Positions 1 to 9,538 of a stretch of 38,456 nt of DNA are shown here, one piece after another; position 1 is the stretch's first letter, and every line of letters starts with the position of its first letter. The translations under genes were made by a program, and so were the position numbers. The notes below the pieces were generated by a model, which was not told where the DNA came from, did no database searches, and saw nothing but the letters and a program-made list of their open reading frames with translations. Origin of the DNA: Salinispira sp. (GTDB lineage Bacteria; Spirochaetota; Spirochaetia; DSM-27196; Salinispiraceae); NCBI GenBank assembly GCA_965226555.1, contig CBDDDG010000023.1:1-38456 (forward strand), given 5' to 3'.

Positions 1-54
1 CAACTTTCACAGATGTATGTAATGATAGGAGGTGCTTTGCATTGCTACACGGCT

Positions 55-146
<92 letters not shown>

Positions 147-212
147 GACACGATGCCACGTACAGAGCCACTACCAGAGCTGGAAAGCCATATGGATGCA
201 CTTCACAAATTG

Positions 213-366
213 ACTGACCTGTTTTCTTGCTGCAGCCTCTGTGTATCAGCTCTATAAGTCTCTCCCAGGGATCTGAAGTAAGGTGGGCTCCAAATAAGAC
301 AACAGCCCATAAAGTATTATTATTCACTGACCTGTTTTCTTGTTGCAGCCTCTGTGTATCAGCTCT
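213..366 (+). repeat. ~40-bp direct repeat, 2 copies (~213-252 and ~327-366)
   Basis: CTGACCTGTTTTCTTGYTGCAGCCTCTGTGTATCAGCTCT occurs twice with one mismatch. Confidence 0.85.
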
Positions 367-776
367 TAGAGGTGTAATGGCATGTGTTACACTTTGTAGG
401 AATGTAATTACAGTAATGCATACATTGTAGTAACTAATATGCATGGCCAGCGGAACCGGTTGGGTCGGTCGGGTCATGACCCAACCAAAAATCAAGCCAA
501 CCAAGGTTTTTTGTGGTATACACATGAGTGCTTACTTAACTAGCCTCCTTAGTCACAAGGGCAGACATGATTGTGCGACAGCAAAACTTCTTGTCGTGGA
601 CACCCCCCAGTCAGCTGACCGGTTCTTGGCGCTACTCAGGTCTCAGGGCCTGCTCTGACAACTCCCTGGAGCTGAGCCAGGCACTCGCTAGTGGGAGGAC
701 CAACTGTGCCACCAACTGTGGTGTGGGAACATAAAGTGCCAAACACACCACGGCCCCTTAATGAGATGTGCATCCA

Positions 777-949
777 TTTGATAAGGAATCTGATGGCAAC
801 TCGACCAAGAAGACCATCAGGAGAACCCTGTTTCAGAGGAGCAATCCCTACCCTTCAAAGAAAGTCCTCACCTTCAACAGATACGCCAATGACTTCTCTT
901 TCTCTGTGTTCTATGGAGGGCTGGACTTCCTTTCTGACGAAGAGAAGAA
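777..949 (+). CDS. HYOU1: Eukaryotic exon fragment of hypoxia up-regulated protein 1 (HYOU1/GRP170, Hsp70 superfamily)
   Basis: Translation RRTLFQRSNPYPSKKVLTFNRYANDFSFSVFYGGLDFLS matches my recollection of the HYOU1 segment 'KRVLFSRMGPYPQRKVITFNRYSHDFNFHINYGDLGFL'. It ends at a GTGAG splice donor (950-954) followed by AT-rich intron-like DNA. The 5' boundary is uncertain. Confidence 0.8.
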
Positions 950-1221
950 GTGAGAATTTTTCATATTATTTATTTGTTGAAGGCCGTTATATCTGTTTGC
1001 GCTACAGTATACATCTGATTTTAGTTAGCTCTTGTTCTTGCACGTGTGTGTGTGTACTTACATATGCGTGCACATGTAACTACGTTCATTCATACGTACA
1101 TGTACATGTACATACATATGTAATGCGTAGTATATATTTCGTACTGTGTATCTCGAGGTCTCCCGGGCCGGCGTCTATTTCCTTTTCACAGGTCTAGGTG
1201 CGCGTTATTTCAACGACTATT

Positions 1222-1452
1222 ATGGCGAGCCAAGGACCTCCAGATAGTCGATTTGTAAAATCAAGCGTGGTCAGAGGCCATCATGTCTACAAGGCTGTCT
1301 GGACCCCAGCCCTTCGAGAAGAACTAATTGTAAAGGCAGAAGATGGCAATGCACATGACGAACACGCTATGGCTGTGGTGAAAGAAGGCAACGTTGTCGG
1401 TCATATGCCTCGTTCTATCTCACGTGTGTCTCTCGAGCAGCTGCCTCTTTAG
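1222..1452 (+). pseudogene. HIRAN-like domain ORF fragment of a type common in marine invertebrate repetitive DNA
   Basis: Motif SVVRGHHVYKAVWTP...EDGNAHDEHAMAVVKEGNVVGHMPRSISR; the resemblance stops near 1430. Confidence 0.6.
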
Positions 1453-1515
1453 AATTCTTCTCAGCACTCGCCACCGCGTTCAGCTTGGACGTTGATCAAG
1501 AATCACTTGGTGTGA

Positions 1516-1540
1516 CATACATACATACATACATACATAC
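1516..1540. repeat. (ATAC)n microsatellite
   Basis: Seen directly in the sequence. Confidence 0.9.
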
Positions 1541-1568
1541 CCAATGCTTGACAATGGGATTAATTATA

Positions 1569-1927
1569 TGTTTCGCAATACATTTCCTATGCGTGACAAT
1601 TGAATAATACCCCTAAGCCTAGGAGACCAGGGGTAAGGTGTACGACCTCAGCTTTGGTATGTACTTCTTGTACACGTGGTGTACAAGAGAATGGTGCAAT
1701 CGGTTTGGTCGAACTCCAAGAGATTCTAGGGTTATTCATTTGTTTCGCAATACATTTCCTATGCGTGACAATTGAATAATACCCCTAAGCCTAGGAGACC
1801 ATTCGTAAGGTGTACGAACTCAGCTTTGGTATGTACTCCTTGTACACGTTGTGTACAAGAGAATGGTGCAATAGGTTTGGTCGAAATCCAAACTGCAGAG
1901 ATTCTAGGATTAATCATATGTTTCGCA
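1569..1927. repeat. Tandem repeat with a ~172-178 bp period (2 units plus the start of a third)
   Basis: TGTTTCGCAATACATTTCCTATGCGTGACAATTG... starts at 1569 and 1741; TGTTTCGCA recurs at 1919. Confidence 0.9.
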
Positions 1928-2016
1928 CCTTGTCCGACAAGTAAATTGTATTGGATGGTGAAAATCGAAGTGTTTGACGATCGTCGTTTTATGCACCAGT
2001 TTGTCACACTGACCAA

Positions 2017-2104
2017 CGTACGTACGTACGTGCGTATGTATAATATATGGATGTATGTACGTATGTATGTATGTGTGTATGTATGTATGTATGTATGTAT
2101 GTAT
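2017..2104. repeat. Degenerate (GTAC/GTAT)n microsatellite
   Basis: Seen directly in the sequence. Confidence 0.9.
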
Positions 2105-2339
2105 TGTGTGGGTGTATACGTATATGCCAATCTCACCCAAAGGGTAGAGGGTTTTTAATTTTGCGAACCGAATGTGCGTAACACACACAGCACTTTCCTC
2201 GACTCAACACTAATGCAGGTTCATACCAGCACACAGTGATACACAATCGTAATTATGTAAGTAGAATCTACATGCATGTACAATCCTACAACAACAAAAA
2301 GTAATTACAAATACAAAGGTTCATATGCCACATTTTGTT

Positions 2340-2589
2340 CCAGTACATTAAAGGTCGGCGAACTAAAATTGCGTATGAGGTTATCCAGAGTAAGTTGAGA
2401 CAGGGGGAGACCAAGAGGATTTGTGAGTATGAGTTCTTCCGGCTTAAAGGTATTTAAGAACACAATGTATATGGGAACAAAATAAGCTCCGGTGAACAAT
2501 ACTAAGCAGAAATGTTTAAAGAAATTCAACATTTTGCCGGGGACGGATTGCGTAGACGGTGTTATGCTCTGCGATGCATGGTTTAGCAT
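2340..2589 (-). pseudogene. Carbohydrate ABC transporter permease (MalG-like), 5' part only, cut at the eukaryote/bacterium junction
   Basis: N-terminal TM helix then 'FVPIYIVFLNTFKP...LTLDNL', typical of the second sugar permease. It lies directly downstream of the first permease, and the frame runs into eukaryotic-type DNA after ~83 codons. Confidence 0.8.
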
Positions 2590-2607
2590 TATTCTGTTCT
2601 CCCTTCG

Positions 2608-3489
2608 CTACATTATGATCAGTTCTTCTCGTTTTCGAAGAACATGCGTCATTGTCATGGAAACCGCCGAAACCAGTATGAGAAAATATATTGACAGAGC
2701 AGACGCGTATGATACTTTGAATTGATTAAATCCTATGCGGATAATTAATACAGCAACAGATTCAGTGGAATTGATAGGACCGCCGCTGGTAAGAACATAT
2801 ATGAAATCGAATATTTTCATGTAGCCGGTAAAAATGAATACTGTTACCGATGTAATCATTGGAGCCAGCCATGGAAAAATGATGTGCTGAAATTGTTGCC
2901 ATCCGTTGGCGCCATCTATTTTTGCTGAATCATAGAGATCCGTCGGAATTGCCTGAAGGCCGGCAAAATATAGTATGATGCTGAATCCCATGGACTGCCA
3001 TATCGATACAAACAGTACAGACCACTTGGCCAATTCAACAGTGCCGAGGAAATTTATTTTCTGCAATCCAATGTGCTCAAGTATGTTGTTAACAATACCA
3101 ATGTAGGAAAGCAGCCCCTTGAAGATAAAGCCAACTGCCACCAAGCTTATGAGTTGGGGTAAAAACAGCATGGTGCGGTATACCCGAGAAAATTTTGTTG
3201 TATTCAACCAGACTGAAAGGCCTATTCCGAAAACATTCAGAATGAGAGTTCCTAAAATTGCAAAAAATGCGGTTATACCCAAGCTGTTAAGAAAATCCGG
3301 TTCTGAAAAAGCTCTAATATAATTACCGAAGCCGATAAAATTCATATTCCGGCTAATTCCATCCCAATCGAACAGACTATAGTAGAAACAGAGTACTATC
3401 GAGAAGAGTATAAACATAGTATACACTACAAAACCGGGGGTAAACAGCGCGATAGTTTGAAGGTCATGTGTAAATTTTCGTTTCGACAT
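2608..3489 (-). CDS. Carbohydrate ABC transporter permease (MalF/UgpA-like)
   Basis: EAA-like motif 'LQAIPTDLYDSAKIDGANGWQQFQHI', 'FIGFGNY', 'TSGGP' and multiple TM segments. Confidence 0.95.
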   Translation of the reverse strand: MSKRKFTHDLQTIALFTPGFVVYTMFILFSIVLCFYYSLFDWDGISRNMNFIGFGNYIRAFSEPDFLNSLGITAFFAILGTLILNVFGIGLSVWLNTTKFSRVYRTMLFLPQLISLVAVGFIFKGLLSYIGIVNNILEHIGLQKINFLGTVELAKWSVLFVSIWQSMGFSIILYFAGLQAIPTDLYDSAKIDGANGWQQFQHIIFPWLAPMITSVTVFIFTGYMKIFDFIYVLTSGGPINSTESVAVLIIRIGFNQFKVSYASALSIYFLILVSAVSMTMTHVLRKREELIIM

Positions 3490-3515
3490 TCAGCTATATC
3501 CCCTTATAATGAAAT

Positions 3516-3537
3516 GGCAGGAGATAATTCTCCTGCC
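3516..3537 (-). terminator. Intergenic stem-loop between the binding-protein and permease genes (partial terminator or mRNA stabiliser)
   Basis: GGCAGGAGA-TAAT-TCTCCTGCC is a perfect 9-bp inverted repeat. Confidence 0.55.
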
Positions 3538-3590
3538 GTAAGTTACATATCGTATCGAAAGTTTTGCGCAAAATTACAAAACGTTCATAG

Positions 3591-3642
3591 AACTTTTGCA
3601 TTGGAAAATTGTGCAGAGCACAATTTCCAGTAGCAAAACTTT
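3591..3642. repeat. AT-rich palindromic element, long-hairpin module
   Basis: AACTTTTGCATTGGAAAATTGTGC-AGA-GCACAATTTCCAGTAGCAAAACTTT; near-identical to 5050-5101. Confidence 0.9.
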
Positions 3643-3656
3643 GTTATGTTATCATC

Positions 3657-4937
3657 TCAGAAATTATCGTTCGAATACGTATCCAATTTGGCAAATTCAT
3701 CTTCAAGGCTGTCATATCTTTGAAGAATGATTGCTTCTATAACAGGCTGCAAAGCATCGAATATCCCTGAGGGAGGAAAATCGCCCAGATATTCTGTTAT
3801 TTGCGCTGTACTCAGATCCGAATGAGCGAGAACTTCCAGAACTTCATTCTGCAATGGCGTCATATCATAAAGTATGGGAGGATCAAAATTAGAGTAGAGT
3901 CCATCGACTTCAATTGCCTTGGCGCCTATTACCGGATCTCTGTGAAACCACTTCACAAATTCCCATGCTGCTTCCGGATGTTCGGAATCGGCGTATACCC
4001 GCATACTATTTCCGCCAAGACCATATCCCGCATAGAAGTTTGTTATATCTCCGGTGCGGGTGGGGAAGGCAAAAACTCCGGTTTCCCAGTCCTTATCGGC
4101 ATTCGCATCGGCGGCAGTATACCAAGTTCCCATAGGATACATGGCCGCGCGTTCATCGAGAAAGCCCTGTTCGAGCTGGGCATAACCAATACTGAGCTGT
4201 CCTTCAATGAAATATCCTTTTTTTACGAGTCTATCAATGAACTTTGCAACTTCCAGTACCTCAGGATCGGTAAACTTTATTTCACCATTCCGGTACTTCG
4301 CCCAGAAATCCTGATGCTGAGCTACCACCTCTGTTGACAGGATTGTGCTTAAAAGAAAGGGCGCAGTCCATTCACCGCCAGCCATAATAGGCACAATACC
4401 TGCCGCATCCAATTGGGCGCACACCGCTTCAAATTCATCCCATGTAGTAGGAATGTCTGCTTCAGTCAAACCTGCTTCCGCCCATAACGATTTATTATAA
4501 AATACGGCGCCTGTGGGTTGAACATGCGGAAGAAAACCGTACAGCTTTCCGTCGAGTCGTGCGATATCCACATTGTTTACACTGGCAAGATAGGGATCGT
4601 CATCGGGCAATTGCCATACATGACCTGCATTTATGAGATTGATATTAGAAACATTAGTCCAAATATCAGGAACATCTCCGCCTGCTAACCTGTTACGAAT
4701 AAAATCAACAGCAGAGACACCGCTAGCAGCTGTTACTTCAACTATTTCCAATGAAACATTGGGGTTTTCTGCCATGTATACTGCCGCAGCATTATCATAG
4801 AATGACCTGTCAAGGTTAGGCGTAATCCACACCTGCCACTTCAGGTCAATTGTTTCGGACTCTTCACCGGAACCTCCGGCAAAGAGCATTGCTGAAAAAC
4901 ACATTCCCACTATAAGAATGCTCAGAAATTTTTTCAT
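3657..4937 (-). CDS. Carbohydrate ABC transporter substrate-binding protein
   Basis: Signal 'MKKFLSIL...LFAGGSGEE', 'LAGGDVPDI', 'VFYNKSLWAEAG', 'PTTWDEF', 'AAMYPMGTW'; GGAGG RBS upstream. Confidence 0.95.
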   Translation of the reverse strand: MKKFLSILIVGMCFSAMLFAGGSGEESETIDLKWQVWITPNLDRSFYDNAAAVYMAENPNVSLEIVEVTAASGVSAVDFIRNRLAGGDVPDIWTNVSNINLINAGHVWQLPDDDPYLASVNNVDIARLDGKLYGFLPHVQPTGAVFYNKSLWAEAGLTEADIPTTWDEFEAVCAQLDAAGIVPIMAGGEWTAPFLLSTILSTEVVAQHQDFWAKYRNGEIKFTDPEVLEVAKFIDRLVKKGYFIEGQLSIGYAQLEQGFLDERAAMYPMGTWYTAADANADKDWETGVFAFPTRTGDITNFYAGYGLGGNSMRVYADSEHPEAAWEFVKWFHRDPVIGAKAIEVDGLYSNFDPPILYDMTPLQNEVLEVLAHSDLSTAQITEYLGDFPPSGIFDALQPVIEAIILQRYDSLEDEFAKLDTYSNDNF

Positions 4938-5049
4938 AGGTAACCTCCATTAGGATATTATTACCTGCGATTATACCTATTGAAGATTCTGTCGGTACAG
5001 GTACTTCAGTACTCAATTTCAGTACGCCGGTACTGTTTTTTTCTCTCTG

Positions 5050-5101
5050 AAACTTTTGCATTGGAAAATTGTGCTTGCACAATTTCCAGTAGCAAAACTT
5101 T
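5050..5101. repeat. AT-rich palindromic element, long-hairpin module
   Basis: AAACTTTTGCATTGGAAAATTGTGC-TT-GCACAATTTCCAGTAGCAAAACTTT. Confidence 0.9.
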
Positions 5102-5146
5102 GTTGTTGTTGTTCCAGTGGTGGAATAGTGCTACGATGTATGGCAC

Positions 5147-6367
5147 ATGAAAAGTCGTATGTGGCTATGGTTCTTCATCTCGCTTGCCCTGCAGGGACTT
5201 TCCCTTTCTCAATATCTGCCGAATTTGGAGTTGTACAATTTCAATTGGTTTGAACAATTTTTATGGCTGGCGCTCATATCTGCCATATGTACTTTTGCGG
5301 CATATTTTTACCTAACTACTCCCGTTATTATTGGAGTTCTGTTCATCCGCTATGTTCTCACATTGGTGGTGTATCTTCCCGGAGGGCTGACACAGGATCC
5401 GCGGCTCATGTTTCTCATTGCCCTTCTCTTGGATATAAGCATCCTTTTTGCATTCCCTGTTAATCTTATTACAAGCCTCACGGCATTTTTTTCAATTGTG
5501 CTTATTACGTTTTTAAGTCTTCACTATACCCTCGGATTTACCCTATTTCATATCGTGGAAATGATCATAAACGGTGTTCCTGCCATTCTCATTATTCTCC
5601 CGGTCTCTTTTTTCAGAAAATTCCATGACGCATATAGAGAACATAAACAGCACATGCATAATCTCAATACTACTATTAATAAATTGACAGATGCCAACAC
5701 AGGATTTCAACATTATGTAAAGGTGGCAGAAAAACAATCAGCTGAACATGAACGTAATCGTATAATCAGGGAACTCCATGATTCGCTTGGCTATGTCATG
5801 ACTTCTATAATTATGCTCAGCGAGTCCGGAATAAAACTCATAGAACAGAAAAAAAACAAAACAATTGATGAAATTATGAAAAACATCAATTATTCCGCGA
5901 AAACCGGTCTTACCGATATACGCATTGCTCTGAGAGTCATGAAGCCCAAAATGGAACATCAGTCCTATAGCGATGAACTGAAAAAACTCGTGAATACTTT
6001 TGAGCAGGCAACGAATATGAAAATAACCCTGAACTATAATCAAATTTCTGAAATGATGGACCCGGATCATTTTCATATTATTTTTCGGCTTATTCAGGAA
6101 GGTATGATCAATGCGCTCCGTCATGGCGGAGCGAGTGAGGTGCGAATATCTCTTTTCCAGGAAGAAAAACACCGTATAATTTTAAGCATCGCTGATAATG
6201 GCAAGGGAGTTAAAAATTTTTCAGTCGGTCTTGGAATACAGGGAATTCAGGAACGGCTCAACGCAATTGGCGGTGAAATATCTCTTTACAATACTAATAA
6301 GGGAGTTATACTCAGAGGTGTTGTTCCTCTGACTCCCATGAAGGGCTCCAATGAAGGTAAAACATGA
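5147..6367 (+). CDS. Membrane sensor histidine kinase (HisKA_3 / NarX-DesK type)
   Basis: N-terminal TM helices; H-box 'ERNRIIRELHDSLG'; N-box 'QEGMINALRHG'; G-boxes 'DNGKG' and 'GLGIQGIQERL'. Confidence 0.95.
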   Translation: MKSRMWLWFFISLALQGLSLSQYLPNLELYNFNWFEQFLWLALISAICTFAAYFYLTTPVIIGVLFIRYVLTLVVYLPGGLTQDPRLMFLIALLLDISILFAFPVNLITSLTAFFSIVLITFLSLHYTLGFTLFHIVEMIINGVPAILIILPVSFFRKFHDAYREHKQHMHNLNTTINKLTDANTGFQHYVKVAEKQSAEHERNRIIRELHDSLGYVMTSIIMLSESGIKLIEQKKNKTIDEIMKNINYSAKTGLTDIRIALRVMKPKMEHQSYSDELKKLVNTFEQATNMKITLNYNQISEMMDPDHFHIIFRLIQEGMINALRHGGASEVRISLFQEEKHRIILSIADNGKGVKNFSVGLGIQGIQERLNAIGGEISLYNTNKGVILRGVVPLTPMKGSNEGKT

Positions 6368-7002
6368 TTAATATTCTCCTCGCTGATGATCAAAAATTGT
6401 TTGTGAATAGTCTGAAAACAGTTCTGGAGTCTACCAGCAAGAATTTCAATATTGTTGGGATCTGCTACAACGGCCGTGAAGTCCTTCATTTCTGCAGAAA
6501 AATGCTCCCTGACCTGATCCTCATGGATGTGAGAATGCCTGAAATGGATGGCGTGGAAGCAACCGAGGCTATTCTCAAAATTCATTCCGAGCTTAAAATT
6601 ATTATGCTCACCACGTTCAATGAAGATCATTATGTCCGTAAAGCACTGGAACTGGGAGCGCGGGGATATCTCCTCAAGGATATTCTTCCCGAGGAACTGA
6701 ATCATGCTATCAATACCATTATGAATGGAGCCGTGTCAATTTCTCCGGCAGTAATGCGGTACAGTCTTCTGAATAAGCACAACCAGAAACATCTTGATTG
6801 GCTGGCAGATTTAACCCCGAAGGAATATAAGATACTGCGCTTAATTTGTAAAGGCTATTCAAATCAGGACATTGCTGATGAAGTCTATCTCGCTAAGCAA
6901 ACAGTTAAAAACTATGTTTCCAGCATTTATGAAAAACTCAATGTACGGGATAGGATGCAGCTTATGAGGCAATGCATTAATTTGAGAATTTTTGAAGACT
7001 GA
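6364..7002 (+). CDS. NarL/LuxR-family DNA-binding response regulator
   Basis: Receiver 'LLADDQ...DLILMDVRMPEMDG...LTTF...GYLLK'; LuxR HTH 'LTPKE...GYSNQDIA...TVKNYVSSIYEKL'; ATGA overlap with the kinase. Confidence 0.96.
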   Translation: MINILLADDQKLFVNSLKTVLESTSKNFNIVGICYNGREVLHFCRKMLPDLILMDVRMPEMDGVEATEAILKIHSELKIIMLTTFNEDHYVRKALELGARGYLLKDILPEELNHAINTIMNGAVSISPAVMRYSLLNKHNQKHLDWLADLTPKEYKILRLICKGYSNQDIADEVYLAKQTVKNYVSSIYEKLNVRDRMQLMRQCINLRIFED

Positions 7003-7091
7003 TGATACTTGAAACTTTTCCCAAAAATTTTCGGAAATATGCTTGCCATACTCAATGCTTTGCAGTAATATAATTGTGGAGGTTTTATTCC

Positions 7092-8501
7092 ATGATGAAT
7101 TATACCACTACACCGAGCCGGAAATCCGCGCATAGCGTAAACCGGAGGAACCAATTTCAACGCCCGCAGCTGCTGCGGGGGCTTGTTTTCATTTTTACCC
7201 TGATACTCACTCTCACGGCCTGTGAAATGTACGATGCGAACGGCTTTAATGATGCCGGCATTCATCAAGACACCGGCACGCGCTACGACCCGGACGGCTA
7301 TAATGTAGCTGGTTACAACGCGGACGGCTTTAACGCCAATGGTTATAACAAGGACGGATATGACGCAGACGGCTTTAACGCCAATGGCTATGACAAGGAC
7401 GGATATGACGCAGACGGCTTTAACGCTGAAGACATTTCACGCGACACCGGCACACCCTACGACCGATACGGTTACGACAAAGCTGGCTACAATGCAGCGG
7501 GCTTTAACGGCGCGGGTATTCACCGCGATACCGGCACGCAATACGACCCCTCCGGCTTTAATGCCGATGGCATTCATAAGGATACTGGCATACCGTACGA
7601 CACAGATGGTTATGACAAATACGGCTATACATCAGACGGCTATGACAAAGATGGTTACACATCGGAAGGGTATGACGTAGACGGCTTTGACTCTGAAGGA
7701 AATGACCGCTACACCGGCACAAAATATAACCGATTCGGCTATGACCGAAAGGGATTCAAAAGAGACGGATATAACAATCTAGGTGTTTATAAAGACGATT
7801 TTATCACAAGTAATTATTCAGCCTACGGCATCTGGTCGGATGGAACAACGATGTGGGTGACGGCGAGTACTACTGGCAAAATCTATGCCTACAACATGAG
7901 TGACAAGTCGCGCGATCCAGACAAAGATATCGCATCTCCTATGAATGCCCCGAATTTTATCCCCCTAGGCCTCTGGTCGAATGGGACAACAATGTGGGTG
8001 GTGTCTTCGGTTACTCACCGAATCTATGCCTACAACCTGAGTGACGGTTCACGAGATTCATCAAAAGATTTCACTACGCTTGCGAATGATTTTCCCGAAA
8101 GCATCTGGTCGAATGGAACAACGATGTGGGTGGGAGACACGATTGATGATAAACTCTATGCCTACAACATGGAAACTAAGGAACACGATTCCGGCAAGGA
8201 TTTGCCGCTTGATGCTGCGAATAATGATGCTGGAACCTATAGCATCTGCTCTGATGAGGGCACGATGTGGGTGTTGCAAGGTTTCAATGGAATAAAAATC
8301 TATGGCTATGACTACACGATAGCCAGCGACGGCACTATCAGTGTGACCGGCAATTCAAAAGTGTTTACTCTTGCTGACGAGAATGCGGCCCCCTATGGTA
8401 TCTGGTCAAATGGCACAACAATGTGGGTGACGGATACTAGCGATAACTATATCTACGCCTACGATATGGCAACCGGAGTGCGTCCGCCCAAGGCAGACTA
8501 A
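7092..8501 (+). CDS. Predicted lipoprotein with G[YF][DN]xD pentapeptide repeats and a C-terminal beta-propeller-like repeat domain
   Basis: GGAGG at 7078 then ATG at 7092; lipobox-like 'LTLTAC'; long DGYN/DGFN repeat tract; five 'GIWSNGTTMWV...IYAYN'-type repeats. Confidence 0.8.
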   Translation: MMNYTTTPSRKSAHSVNRRNQFQRPQLLRGLVFIFTLILTLTACEMYDANGFNDAGIHQDTGTRYDPDGYNVAGYNADGFNANGYNKDGYDADGFNANGYDKDGYDADGFNAEDISRDTGTPYDRYGYDKAGYNAAGFNGAGIHRDTGTQYDPSGFNADGIHKDTGIPYDTDGYDKYGYTSDGYDKDGYTSEGYDVDGFDSEGNDRYTGTKYNRFGYDRKGFKRDGYNNLGVYKDDFITSNYSAYGIWSDGTTMWVTASTTGKIYAYNMSDKSRDPDKDIASPMNAPNFIPLGLWSNGTTMWVVSSVTHRIYAYNLSDGSRDSSKDFTTLANDFPESIWSNGTTMWVGDTIDDKLYAYNMETKEHDSGKDLPLDAANNDAGTYSICSDEGTMWVLQGFNGIKIYGYDYTIASDGTISVTGNSKVFTLADENAAPYGIWSNGTTMWVTDTSDNYIYAYDMATGVRPPKAD

Positions 8502-8583
8502 ACGGATGCCGGAGGAGCGCCGACCAGCTCCCAGTCCCAGCAACAGGAGCTGATCACACAATAAAATCCCGAAAAAATAGAAG

Positions 8584-8704
8584 AAACTTTTCCAATGCAA
8601 AAGTTTCAGATTCGGAATGCTCTCTCTGTGCTTAGCATTCTCTATTTTATAGAAAGTTTTGCTCATGGAAATTGTGCAAGCACAATTTTCCAATGCAAAA
8701 CTTT
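8584..8704. repeat. AT-rich mosaic palindromic element (partial hairpin + GAATGCT..AGCATTC module + long hairpin)
   Basis: Reverse-complement match to the element at 11575-11697; same-strand match to 22226-22300 and 28391-28482. Confidence 0.9.
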
Positions 8705-8779
8705 GTAGAAATTTTCACATTTTTCAAACTTTTTTCGCAAAAACTCAATCCTCACGAACATTTCACCCGTTATCAGTAT

Positions 8780-9538
8780 ATGAAGAAAAAGAAACTGAAT
8801 CAGGCGGCTCATCAAAAGCCGCGAAAACAATGGGATGAAACTCATAAGTTCCTGTTTGCCGATGCGGAGTCCATATATCAACTGCTGCAATTTGTCGATG
8901 ATGAGTGGATCACCTCTATTCGCCCTGAGAACATTACGATTGTGAGCAACGAATTCATCGCTCGGGAGCTCGGAGGCAAAAAGCTGACGAAGCTCATGCG
9001 CAAAATATCGGATATCGTTGCGAAAATTTCCTTCCGCTCCGGGAACAAGAATGAAGAGAAAACCGTCTATATCATTCTGGAACATCAATCGACTGTCGAT
9101 TATTCCATGAGCAGGCGCCTATTCTTTTTGAACATTCTCCAGCATGACACTGGCGAAAAGGTGAAGGAGTCCTTGCTCATTATGAGCGATGTGCTCTATA
9201 ATACACACATCTCAGGGGTGAATGTTAACGATTACACTATAAAGGAGGTAATTAATATGATTACAAAAGAAGGAATAGAAATACTGTTCCCGTGGCAACT
9301 GAGAATTTACAAAGAGGTAAAAGCCCAGGTCAAGCGGGAAACTCAGGAAGAAATGCAGGAAGCGCAGCGGGAAATGCGGCAGGAAATGCAGGAAGGGATT
9401 CGAGAAAACGCCCGCAGTATGCTTTCTGAAGGATTGTCGGCTGAGGTCATTCAGAGAATTACTGGACTGAGCGAGGATGAGATTCAAGCATTTCAGCAAA
9501 ACGGCCAAAAAAACGGGCAGAAAAGCGGCAAAGAGTAA
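8780..9538 (+). CDS. Rpn-family (PD-(D/E)XK / Transposase_31-like) protein, apparently internally deleted (Rpn-1)
   Basis: 'WDETHKFLF', 'ISDIVAKI', 'VYIILEHQSTVDYSMSRRL' and the C-terminus 'EGIRENARSMLSEGLSAEVIQRITGLSEDEI'. It lacks the central 'PIVxYNG' region present in paralogue 27199-28299. The track start at 8672 lies inside a repeat, so ATG 8780 is preferred. Confidence 0.85.
   Translation: MKKKKLNQAAHQKPRKQWDETHKFLFADAESIYQLLQFVDDEWITSIRPENITIVSNEFIARELGGKKLTKLMRKISDIVAKISFRSGNKNEEKTVYIILEHQSTVDYSMSRRLFFLNILQHDTGEKVKESLLIMSDVLYNTHISGVNVNDYTIKEVINMITKEGIEILFPWQLRIYKEVKAQVKRETQEEMQEAQREMRQEMQEGIRENARSMLSEGLSAEVIQRITGLSEDEIQAFQQNGQKNGQKSGKE
9257..9538 (+). CDS. Putative internally initiated small C-terminal protein (RpnS-like) of Rpn-1
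   Basis: AAGGAGGT at 9242-9249 followed by an in-frame ATG at 9257. Confidence 0.6.
   Translation: MITKEGIEILFPWQLRIYKEVKAQVKRETQEEMQEAQREMRQEMQEGIRENARSMLSEGLSAEVIQRITGLSEDEIQAFQQNGQKNGQKSGKE

Noticed and set aside
8672..8779. N-terminal extensions of track ORFs 8672, 11878, 24596(-) and 28325
   Set aside because: They are read through the palindromic elements (recurrent peptides such as CKHNFPMQ and WKIVLAQFP); better starts or gene-fragment boundaries lie downstream.
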